NCBI GenBank assembly: GCA_965235115.1
Contig: OZ249436.1
Span: forward strand, 22,508,001 to 22,572,000
Length of the DNA stretch: 64,000 nt
Direction of reading: 5' to 3'
Source: Laetmonice hystrix
Taxonomy: Eukaryota
A program made the position numbers and the translations under genes. The stretch's first letter is position 1. The number at the start of each line of letters is the position of its first letter. The notes beneath the pieces were generated by a model, which saw nothing but the letters and a program-made list of their open reading frames with translations, ran no database searches and had not been told where the DNA came from. Below are positions 1 to 11,024 of this stretch, piece by piece.

Positions 1-1122
1 ATGTTTCAATGATTTTTTTCATAATTGACCCTGTGACCTTTGACCTTTGGCAAAATTAGTTGCAATATATGGAATCGCCTGTAACATGAAAACAATGCAT
101 AATAGGCCAATAGTTGCTATTAATCAAGGATAGGAAGTCATATATGGCCTTTCATTTGGCGCCATTTGTACTTCGCTACAGTGACCTTGAAAGGTCAAAT
201 CCATGACCTACATATATATTCAATGCTCTGTATCTTGGAAACCATGCACAATAGGCCCATAGTTACTATTAATCAAGGATAGGAAGTCATATATGGCCTT
301 TCATTTGGCGCCATTTGTACTTCGCTACAGTGACCTTGAAAGGTCAAATCCATGACCTACATATATTCAATGCTCTGTATCTTGGAAACCGTGCACAATA
401 GGCCCATAGTTACTATTAAACATAGATAGGAAGTCATATATGGCCTTTCATTTGGCGCCATTTGTACTTCGCTACAGTGACCTTGAAAGGTCAAATCCAT
501 GACCTACATATATTCAATGCTCTGTATCTTTGAAACCGTGCACAATAGGCCCATAGTTACTAATAAACATAGATAGGAAGTCATATATGGCATTTCATTT
601 GGCGCCATTTTTATTTCTCTGGAGTGACCTTGAAAGGTCAAATCCGTGACCTGCCAATATTCAAAGCTCTGTATCTTGGAAACCATGCACAATAGGCCAA
701 TAGTTACTATTAAACATGGATAGGAAGTCATATATGGCCTTTCATTTGGCGCCATTTTTATTTCTCTGGAGTGACCTTGAAAGGTCAAATTGGTCACCTG
801 CCAATATTCAGAGCTCTGTATCTTGGAAACCGTGCATGTTAGGCCCATGGTTACTGTTAATCATGGATAGGAAGTCATGTATGGCCTTTCATTCGGTGCC
901 ATCTTTATTTCAATACAGTGACCTTGAAAGGTCAAATCTATGTCCCGCCAATATTCAGAGTTTTGTATCTTGGAAACGATGGATGTTAAGCACATAGGTA
1001 CGATTAAACATGCATAGGAATTAAGTTTAGATGTTTTTTCTTAAATGTCACCTGCCTTTGTCCTTGCCCTCCCAGGATACAGGAAATGGGATTTGGTGTT
1101 GCCCAGCAACCCATCGCTCTAG
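1..1122 (+). mobile_element. Non-autonomous Helentron/HINE-like element A, copy 1 (5' part outside the window)
   Basis: Ends with CAGGAAATGGGAT (putative subTIR), hairpin GTTGCCCAGCAAC (1098-1110) and CTAG (1119-1122), followed by TT. Near-identical to 4938-6494. Confidence 0.7.
85..1025. repeat. Tandem array, ~147 bp unit, ~7 copies
   Basis: AGGAAGTCA recurs at 132, 281, 428, 575, 722 and 869, with a degenerate copy at 1016. Units carry TGACCTTGAAAGGTCA. Confidence 0.95.
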
Positions 1123-1136
1123 TTATTATTATTATT

Positions 1137-4100
1137 AGCCCATCCCATATCCATGGGATGGGCTCTTGAAATTGTGTGGTTTCGTCTTCCCTATTATTAT
1201 TATTATTATTATTATTTGCGCAGGTGTAGTAGTAGTAGTAAAACAATCAGACTTATCTTGTAATATCTTGGTCATTTGTTATCATATCTCAACCAAACTT
1301 GGCAGGCCTGTAGACAATTAGGAAATCTCACCTTACAAATGTCAGTGACATGACGTGACGTTACGTCATGACGTAATCACGTCATTAGTATGGTGACTTT
1401 TTACCTACTTTTACCTACTTTTTAGATTACCTACTAATTAGAACATTTACATTGTTTTCTGACATTTGACACGACTCAAGGTCCTCTTTTATTTTGACCC
1501 TTTATTTGACCTTTGACCTATGACCCTAGTCAGATATGGGTCAATGGTAAGAAATCAGTCAAATCACTACTTCTCTGTCATTTTTTGTTAAATTTTGACC
1601 ATTTTTGGCAGAGACATTCCCCATTACGACATTAAAGAAATATAGCTTTGTTTAAGAGATATGACATAATTGCGCTGAACCACGTGACCTTGAAGTTTCG
1701 AACATAGGTCACATTACACATTCAGTGTGATATCTTGTAAATGGTGCAAGATACAGACAAAGTTACTATTAAAGATGAATAGGAAGTCATACATGCTCTT
1801 TCAATTGGAACCAAGATTTATGACGTAGCATGACGTATGACGTCATAATGACGTCATTGAATCTTTTGATGCTTATAACTCCTAAACGGTGAGAGAGGGA
1901 GCCATGGTTACTATTAAACATGAATAGGAAGTCATGCATGCTCTTTCAGTTGGCACCAAGATTTATGACGTAGCATGACGTATGACATCATAATGACGTC
2001 ATTGCATTTTCTGAGGCTTATAAAACGGTGAGAGATGGAGCCATGGTTACTCTTGAACATGGATAGGAAGTCATCCATGCTCTTTTAATTGGCACCAAGA
2101 TTTATGACGTAGCATGACGTATGGCATCATAATGACGTCATTGCATTTTCTGAGGCTTATAAGTCTTAAACGGTGAGAGATGGAGCTATGGTTACTATTG
2201 AACAAGAATAGGAAGTCATGCATTCTCCTTTAATTGGCACCAAGATTTATGACGTAGCATGACGTATGGCATCATAATGACGTCATTGCATTTTCTGAGG
2301 CTTATAAGTCTTAAACGGTGAGAGATGGAGCTATGGTTACTATTGAACAAGAATAGGAAGTCATGCATTCTCCTTCAATTGGCACCAAGATTTATGACGT
2401 AGCATGACGTATGATGTCATAATGACGTCATTGAATCTTTTGAGGCTTATAACTCCTAAACGGTGAGAGGTGGAGCCATGATTACTCTTAAACATGAATA
2501 GGAAGTCATACATGCTCTTTCGTTTGGCACCAAAATTTATGATGTAGAAGGATGTATGACATCATAATGACGTCATTGCGACTTCTGAAGCTTATAAGTC
2601 TTAAACGGTGAGAGATGGAGCCACGGTTACTATTGAACATGAATAGGAAGTCATACATATTCTTTCAATTGGCACCAAGATTTATGACGTAGCATGACGT
2701 ATGACGTAATAATGACGTCATTGCGTTTTCTGAGGCTTATTAGTCTTAAACGGTGATAGATGGAGCCACGGTTACTATTGAACATGAATAGGAAGTCATA
2801 CATGCTCTTTCAGTTGGCACCAAGATTTATGACCTAACAGGATGTATGACATCATAATGACGTCATTGCATTTTCTCAGGCTTATAAGTCTTAAACGGTG
2901 AGAGATGGGGCCATGATTACTCTTGAACATGAATAGGAAGTCATACATGCTCTTTCAATTGGCACCAAGATTTATGATGTAGCATGACGTATGGCATCAT
3001 AATGACGTCATTGCATTTTCTGAGGCTTATAAGTCTTAAACGGTGAGAGGTGGAGCCATGGTTACTATTGAACAAGAATAGGAAGTCATGCATTCTCCTT
3101 CAATTGGCACCATGATTTTATGACGTAACATGACGTATGGCATCATAATGACGTCATTGCATCTTCTAAGGCTTATACGTTTTGAACGCTGAGAGATGGA
3201 GCCATGGTTACTATTGAACATGAATAGGAAGTCATACATGCTCTTTCATTTGGCACCAAAATTTATGATGTAGAAGGATGTATGACATCATAATGACGTC
3301 ATTGCGACTTCTGAAGCTTATAAGTCTTAAACGGTGAGAGATGGAGCCACGGTTACTATTGAACATGAATAGGAAGTCATACATATTCTTTCAATTGGCA
3401 CCAAGATTTATGACGTAGCATGACGTATGACGTAATAATGACGTCATTGCGTTTTCTGAGGCTTATTAGTCTTAAACGGTGATAGATGGAGCCACGGTTA
3501 CTATTGAACATGAATAGGAAGTCATACATGCTCTTTCAGTTGGCACCAAGATTTATGACATTTAGAAGATTAAAGAAATATAGCTTTGTTTAAGCGATAT
3601 GACGTAATTTCGCTGAACCACGTGACCTTGAAGTTTCGAACATAGGTCACATTACACATTCAGTGTGATATCTTGTAAACGGTGCAAGATACAGACAAAG
3701 TTACTATTGAAGATGAATAGGAAGTCATACATCCCCTTTCAATTGGAACCAAGATTTATGACGTAGCATGAGGTATGACGTCATAATGACGTCATTGAAT
3801 CTTTTGAGCCTTATAACTCCTAAACGGTGAGAGGGAAGTCATCCATCCTCTTTCAAATAACACCAAGATTAATGACGTAACATGAGGTCTAGTAACCATG
3901 TCTCCAGCTTCCAGGGTTTAAGACTTATAAGCCTTCGAAGATGTCAATGACGTCATTATGACGTCATACCTCATGTTACGTCATAATGCCATAATGCATT
4001 GGCATATTAGTCTGAAGGCATGCAAGATAGAGTCATGGTTACTATTGAACACGAATAGGAAATCATGTATGCTGTTTACATTGACACCAATATTTATGAC

Positions 4101-4366
4101 ATAGCCTGATGTATGATGTCACCAAAATTTATGACATAACGTGACGTATGATGTCATAATGATGTCTAGGACAGGTTATGCATTAGCCTTAGCCTAGCCT
4201 AATAATATAAGCTTGGTTGGCAATTATGCATTAATGCTATATCAATATCACCACACCAATGTCAAATCTCCTTCATTTTAATGATTTATCATCACATGTC
4301 ATATGACATCTGACATGTAACACCAAGGGATGGGCTCCATCGTTGTCACGACAACGACAGGTCTAG
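1137..4366 (+). mobile_element. Complete non-autonomous Helentron/HINE-like element B
   Basis: 5' hairpin AGCCCATCCCAT..ATGGGATGGGCT (1137-1164), then (TTA)n/(GTA)n microsatellite and a central tandem array. The 3' end has subTIR GGGATGGGCT (4327-4336), hairpin CGTTGTCACGACAACG and CTAG (4363-4366), with TT flanks. This is the DINE-1/HINE architecture. Confidence 0.8.
1740..3880. repeat. Tandem array, ~145 bp unit, ~14 copies
   Basis: AGGAAGTCA at 1781, 1926, 2065, 2210, 2355, 2500, 2645, 2790, 2935, 3080, 3225 and onward. Units contain ATGACGTCAT. ~3570-3835 re-duplicates ~1632-1900. Confidence 0.95.
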
Positions 4367-4368
4367 TT

Positions 4369-6494
4369 ATTCTTCCTGTAGTAAGACAAGGCTGGCCGTT
4401 CGCTCAGTTTTTAAGGTATCTGAATGAAACTTGGACAGAAGGTTCACCTAGGCAAGGACACCTGGCACCCAGATGCATTACGTCATAGGACGTAATTTGG
4501 ACGTTTTATGACGTAATATTGGCGTTTTTCAGCTAAATTTTGAAGTCCATTTTCATGGTGCTCTGAGAAGATATGCAAAAAGCGTTACTGCCATCTGATG
4601 AACATTAAGTCGACTAATAATTTTCTAGGTGAAGTTGACCTGTGACCTTTGACCTTAGTCGAAATTAGGTCAGAGGTAGGAAAACGCTTAAAACGTATCT
4701 TCTCCCTCATTTTTCAATAAAATTTCACCAAATTGGGTAGAGAGGCTCCTGATACGAGGGTGCTTAAAAGTATGGCTGGATTTTTTCGATTTGACCTAGT
4801 TTCACCCTGTCACGTGACTTTAAACATGCGAATATGGTATGTTTGCATAGAGAATATAACATTTTGCATCTATGCAATATCTAAGCAATATCTAAGCTTA
4901 TTTTAGACAGGTGTGTTAGCCTGTCATACATAAAACATGTTTCAATGATTTTTTTCATAATTGACCCTGTGACCTTTGACCTTTGGCAAAATTAGTTCCA
5001 ATATATGATCACCTGTAACATGAAAACAATGCATAATAGGCCAATAGTTGCTATTAATCAAGGATAGGAAGTCATATATGGCCTTTCATTTGGCGCCATT
5101 TGTACTTCGCTACAGTGACCTTGAAAGTTCAAATCCATGACCTACATATATTCAATGCTCTGTATCTTGGAAACCGTGCACAATAGGCCCATAGTTACTA
5201 TTAAACATAGATAGGAAGTCATATATGGCCTTTCATTTGGCGCCATTTGTACTTCGCTACAGTGACCTTGAAAGGTCAAATCCATGACCTACATATATTC
5301 AATGCTCTGTATCTTGGAAACCGTGCACAATAGGCCCATAGTTACTATTAAACATAGATAGGAAGTCATGTATGGCCTTTCATTTGGCGCCATTTGTACT
5401 TCGCTACAGTGACCTTGAAAGGTCAAATCCATGACCTACATATATTCAATGCTCTGTATCTTGGAAACCGTGCACAATAGGCCCATAGTTACTATTAAAC
5501 ATAGATAGGAAGTCATATATGGCCTTTCATTTGGCGCCATTTGTACTTCGCTACAGTGACCTTGAAAGGTCAAATCCATGACCTACATATATTCAATGCT
5601 CTGTATCTTGGAAACCGTGCACAATAGGCCCATAGTTACTATTAAACATAGATAGGAAGTCATGTATGGCCTTTCATTTGGCGCCATTTGTACTTCGCTA
5701 CAGTGACCTTGAAAGGTCAAATCCATGACCTACATATATTCAATGCTCTGTATCTTGGAAACCATGCACAATAGGCCAATAGTTACTATTAAACATGGAT
5801 AGGAAGTCATATATGGCCTTTCATTTGGCGCCATTTTTTTTTCTCTGGAGTGACCTTGAAAGGTCAAATTGGTGACCTGCCAATATTCAGAGCTCTGTAT
5901 CTTGGAAACCGTGCATGTTAGGCCCGTGGTTACTGTTAATCATATATAGGAAGTCATACATGGGCTTTCAGTTAGCGCCATCTTTTTTTCTCTGGAGTGA
6001 CCTTGAAAGGTCAAATTGGTGACCTGCCAATATTCAGAGCTCTGTATCTTGGAAACCGTGCATGTTAGGCCCGTTGTTACTGTTAATCATATATAGGAAG
6101 TCATATATGGGCTTTCAGTTAGCGCCATCTTTTTTTCTCTGGAGTGACCTTGAAAGGTCAAATTGGTGACCTGCCAACTTTCAGAGCTCTGTATCTTGGA
6201 AACCGTGCAAGCTAGGTCCATGATTACTATTAATCATGGATAGGAAGTCATATATGGCCTTTCATTCGGCGCCATCTTTATTTCAATACAGTGACCTTGA
6301 AAGGTCAAATCTATGTCCCGCCAATATATAGATTTTGTATCTTGGAAACGATGGATGATAAGCACATAGGTACTATTAAACATGCATAGGAATTAAGTTT
6401 AGATGTTTTTTCTTAAATGTCACCTGCTTTTGTCCTTGCCCTCCCATGATACAGGAAATGGGATTTGGTGTTGCCCAGCAACCCATCGCTCTAG
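4369..6494 (+). mobile_element. Helentron/HINE-like element A, copy 2 (5' end displaced)
   Basis: 4938-6494 matches 1-1122, with the same 3' subTIR, hairpin and CTAG (6491-6494). Contains ~10 copies of the 147 bp unit (~5020-6395). Confidence 0.7.
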
Positions 6495-7158
6495 TTATTA
6501 TTATTATTATTATTATTGTGGTTGTAAGACAAGGGTCATATCTCAACAAGTTTTCAGAATATCTCAATGAAACTTGGCCGAACCATAGATCATGGGCCTA
6601 AGAGCTCATATCATTTTGCGTCAAGTCATATGACATACCGTCATGACGTTATGACGTCATAAAGACGGTTTTTAAGGGCATGGAAGCCACCTCATCTTCG
6701 AGTACCAAGAGCATCTAGCCAAAAGTCATTCAAAGCAGGGCCTTAGCACTTAGGGGGCAATAATTTTCTTCATCAGTTTGACCTCTGTCCTATGACCTGT
6801 CTGACTTGAAGGTCAAAACATAGATAACAGTCAAAATGTTTCTCCTCTTTCATTTTTCGCAGACTCTTCTCCTGCTTTGGTTTATACCTTCTCCATATTG
6901 GGGCTGATCGACTGATGCCAAAATTTTTGAAATGTGACGTCATATGACCCAGTCACCTGACATCAAAATTTGGTTCTTTGGCCAGTGTACCAGAATTAAG
7001 TCATAGCTCAACCAGTTTTCGACCGATCCCAATGAAACTTCGTGTGCTTTAACAGGGTGGGATGCAGAGCCAAATTTATGCAAATTTTCTTCAATGACGT
7101 AACAGTGACGTCATCCACCTAATTAAAATAGGACTTCAGTAGTTAAATAGATGTGATC

Positions 7159-7243
7159 CTCGATAGCTCAGTGGGTAATACACCCGACATAACGGCTGAA
7201 GATCATGGGTTCAATTCCCACCAAGGGCAGATCTTTTTTTTTT
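7159..7243 (+). other. tRNA-like Pol III cassette (A box, B box, T-run) inside element C
   Basis: TAGCTCAGTGG (7164-7174), GGTTCAATTCC (~7208-7218), then a T10 run. No good acceptor stem, so not a functional tRNA. Partially duplicated at ~7262-7325. Confidence 0.55.
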
Positions 7244-7764
7244 CGTTTTTCTTGTCACAAAGGCTGAAGATCATGGGTTCAATTCCCACCAAGGACAGAT
7301 TTTTTTTTTCGTTTTTCTTGTCAGACAGTACAGCTCATCTCTTTAAATGCTTAGGAGGCCTAGGCAGGGGAAATGTTGTCATGTTTTTTTTTCTTTATTA
7401 ATTTTTGATATAGAATTGGAGTACTGAGACAGTAGCGGTTTCTAACTCATTTTTCGAGTTATCTGGATGAAACTTGCAGTAAAAATTGACCACAGGAGGA
7501 ATTCCTCGACTTATATAATAATACATCATGTGACACCATGACGTCATGAATACATTATGAATAGTGCAACCTGGTACTGCACCAGGAAAAGCTATCCAGA
7601 ATTCTTTTATGCCATCTTCGTGCCCCTTAGGGGTCTCTAAATGTTAAAATTCATTTGACCTCTGACCTATGCCATTTGTCAGGTACAGATCACAGGTTTG
7701 GAAACAGTCAAAACTTTATTTATGTGGAAATGTTTTGACAAAATTGCTCACAAAATTAAAACCA

Positions 7765-7955
7765 TTTTTTCTCTGGGGTTATGTGAAAACCAAGGTGTAC
7801 ACCAGTCCCCCAGGAACACTTGATGAACTTCGCAATCCCATAATCATAGCTTTTCAAGAAATTCTGCATGATATGGTAACCAGAGCAATCGAAAGTATGT
7901 GACGCCGAGCAGTGATCTGTGGAGGCAACCATGGATTCCATGTTGAAGAACTCTT
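7765..7955 (+). pseudogene. Tc1/mariner transposase C-terminal fragment
   Basis: Translates FFLWGYVKTKVYTSPPGTLDELRNPIIIAFQEI...RAIESM*RRAVICGGNHGFHVE, matching the (D)FFLWGxxKxxVY...GxHxE end of Tc1/mariner transposases. Confidence 0.75.
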
Positions 7956-8094
7956 TATGGAGGATTAAATTCAGCAAAAATTACCCTTTGCATGCAAGAA
8001 ATGCAATAAATGTTTTGTTTTAATTCTTAACCATCATGGAATTAACCATTAACAGGGAATGGGATCCATTGTTGCCTGCAACAAGCCTGACTAG

Positions 8095-9504
8095 TTATTA
8101 TTGTTGTAGTTAAGGTCGGGTCAATATCTCCCTCAGTTTTCAAGATATCTGGATGAAACTTTCAGGCTAGATACATCATGACATGGAGACCTCAACATAT
8201 GATGGAATATGTCATATGACGTCATGACGTCATGTTATGACGTATTATGTTCGGCAACTTTGAGATCACGTGGTACACTTCCAGTCAGAGATAGACAAAA
8301 GTTATTCATGTCATCTCACTTAGGACTTGTACCTTTATCATTTACCACATACATTTGACCTTTGACCTTTGACCTTTCTGACATACAGGTCAAGCCATAG
8401 AAAACAGTCAAAATCTATCTACTCCTTCATTTTTTACAGAATCTTCTCCAAATTTGATTTACGGCTTCGTCATAGTGGGGCGGATCGATTGATGGCAGTT
8501 TTTTTAAAAATATGACGTCATATCGCTGAGTCACGTGACTTTGAATTTTGTCTATTTTGCATGTAATGAGGAGGTTCCTGGAATTTCGTTGATATCTAAT
8601 GATAATGGCATAATTCTCTTCCACTAGGCGTCCTTTATAAGCCTGCTATGACGTAACGATGGTATGACGTAACACACAGTTCTCTACCACTATGGTGATT
8701 CATTTACAGCAACACTCAACAAATTGAGTGTGTGCCCGGATGGCTTAGTGGTAGAGTCTATGATCTTCATGCCAGAGGTCTCGGGTTCGAATCCCACCTC
8801 TGACAAAAATTTTTTTCATTTTTTTATATATGTTCTACCTCCGGTAATCTTGGTAAATAGCTCTCTTACAATAGGGGACCTTTATAAGCCTGGTATGGCG
8901 TCTCCCCGGTATGATGTAATTCATCGTTGTTTACTTCTATGCCAATGGCAATGGTCATTTATTTATTGCAGGACTCTACTAATTGTGTGCGTGTACGGAT
9001 GGTGCTGTGGTAGAGTGTAGGACTTTCTTGCCAAGGGTCGTGGATTCGAATCCTACCCATGGCATGATTTTTATTTTTTTTTAAATATTTTCTACTTAGT
9101 TCTTAATTACTGTGGTCATGAATTTACAGAAACACTCTACAAAATATGTGTGTGAACAGATGTGTGGGAATTTTATGACAAGGGTATTGCCTAAAAATCC
9201 CACCTATGTCAACCCTTTTTTTTGGTATTCATTTTTATATTTTTTATTTGGAAGAAATTTTTGTGTACACAGGTGTCTAAGTGGTCTGTCGGTACCCTAT
9301 GCTCAGTACTGGTCAAAATGTATCTGCTCCCTCATTTTTTGGAGAATCTTCTCCAGATTTGGCATATACCTTCCCCACAGTCTTTCTCTTGTAACCCTAT
9401 GCTCATTATTGGTATGATTGACTTGCTTTCATGCTATACAGAACCTTTCTAGATACATCCATAGAGGAACGGGATACCTGATTGCCTGCAATCTGCATGT
9501 CTAG
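8095..9504 (+). mobile_element. Helentron/HINE-like element D (3' portion)
   Basis: Ends GAGGAACGGGAT, hairpin GATTGCCTGCAATC, CTAG (9501-9504), TT. Carries two tRNA-like cassettes (~8735-8817, ~8992-9081). Confidence 0.55.
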
Positions 9505-10011
9505 TTAATGCTTGAAGTTAGACCCATAGTTACTATTGAACACGAATAGGAAGTGCATCATTATTTCTTAGGTCACGTGACCCATGACATAACGATGTCA
9601 TCGATATTTTCTCAGGGTTTTAACTTGTAAATGGTAGGAGTTAGACGCATAGTTAGTATTGAATATAAACAGGAAGTCCTCATTATGTTCTTTCAATTGA
9701 CACCAAGATTTATTCTGTTGTGTTATCTATTAAATCCTTATGACGTAACTGAGCCCTTCTAAGGATTGGTAGAAGCCTGTAACTAGTAAACGGTGCTAGA
9801 TACACCTATAGTTATTTTTGAACATGAATAGGAAGTCCATTGAGATCAATATTTATGATGTAGCATAAGGTCATAATGACGTAACTTCCATCTTCTAAGG
9901 CTCATAAGCCGTCACGGGTGCAAGATAGTACCATAGTTATCCCTATTCAGAACATGTTACATGGGACACCCCGGGGATGGGATCCATTGTGGTACTCCAC
10001 AACGTATCTAG
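9505..10011 (+). mobile_element. Helentron/HINE-like element E (3' portion)
   Basis: Degenerate copies of the GTTACTATTGAACATGAATAGGAAGT unit. Ends GGGGATGGGAT, hairpin TTGTGGTACTCCACAA, CTAG (10008-10011), TT. Confidence 0.6.
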
Positions 10012-10361
10012 TTAATATATATTTTTTCATTGCAGGAGACAGCTATAGGAGTTTGGCCTATCTGTTCAGGGTGGCCAATAATACCATATGCAAGATAATA
10101 CCAAACACCTGTGAAGCCTTATATCGAGTTCTACAAAATGACTTCATGAAAGTAAGTATCATATTCTTTATTATTCAACACAGTGTATCACAGAACAAAT
10201 GAAAACAAATTAGTACCAAGCATATTTTTCAGTACAATCAGTAATCAGTGGAAAGTCCAAGTTAGGTCACTCGACTACAATAGCAAACATGAAAATGGAC
10301 GTTTTATGAAAATTGCATGATACATTTTGAAAATCAAGAATTCAAAAACTGTAAGAAAATT
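10012..10361 (+). pseudogene. Duplicated fragment of the Harbinger transposase gene (end of intron 1, exon 2, start of intron 2)
   Basis: Apparently identical to 11578-11927 (offset 1566). Confidence 0.9.
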
Positions 10362-11024
10362 AAGAGCCATTGTCTGAGAACTTCAGGCAGTTACCATTGA
10401 GAGCGTGATAGTCACCTTCTCCAATTTTGCTGAAACTTTGGTCATTTGATGTCCGTACCAAGCCTAGAAAAATGCCAGATTTTTTCGGTCCGACGCCGCC
10501 TCATTTGGGTGCTAGAGGTCATTCAAGGTCAGACCTGAAAAGGGCCCAAGACCAAAATGTGATTTTCAAATGGCTTTTATTTCTTGCGCCACCTTTATCC
10601 CAACATTATATTTTGATATTTCTATTATATGGATGACGGTCTGTGAATTTAGCGATTTTCGGTCTGGGATATACTTGGCGTGACCAATAGGGGGCGCTGG
10701 AATATGGCGGAAAGTCAATTTTTTTGCCTTTTTTGGCCCCTTGTGCTCTTTGCGGGTTCTTTATCCCAAGACTTTTATTATTACATTAAATAGGTGATAG
10801 GTAGGGCTTCCTATAAAGCCGTGCTCTCACGGTGCGATTTTCATTTTGTCGGCGACGTTTTTATGTCGGCGACATTTGGAACCGATATCGGACGGGCAAG
10901 ACCTTACGATGAAACTGCTCACATGACGCAACGTCGATTTATGTTGCGCGGCTGATTTCTGCCTGGCGCTGAAATCAGCCGCGCTGTGAACCCTGGGAGA
11001 GAATGGTTGCCACGGCGACACACA

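Larger units (their letters stand above)
6495..8094 (+). mobile_element. Helentron/HINE-like element C (3' portion)
   Basis: Starts in (TTA)n. Ends CAGGGAATGGGAT, hairpin TTGTTGCCTGCAACAA, CTAG (8091-8094), TT. Confidence 0.6.

Noticed and set aside
504..3239. Short ORFs with internal peptide repeats
   Set aside because: They are by-products of the 147/145 bp tandem units and microsatellites.
85..6395. Regularly spaced repeats as a CRISPR array
   Set aside because: Units repeat along their entire length with no unique spacers, there are no cas genes, and the context is eukaryotic.
7159..9081. Functional tRNA genes
   Set aside because: A and B boxes are present, but acceptor and anticodon stems do not pair properly.
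10682..10700. CTCF-like motif CCAATAGGGGGCGCTG (similar ones near 51701 and 61681)
   Set aside because: Isolated short matches cannot be called functional from sequence alone.
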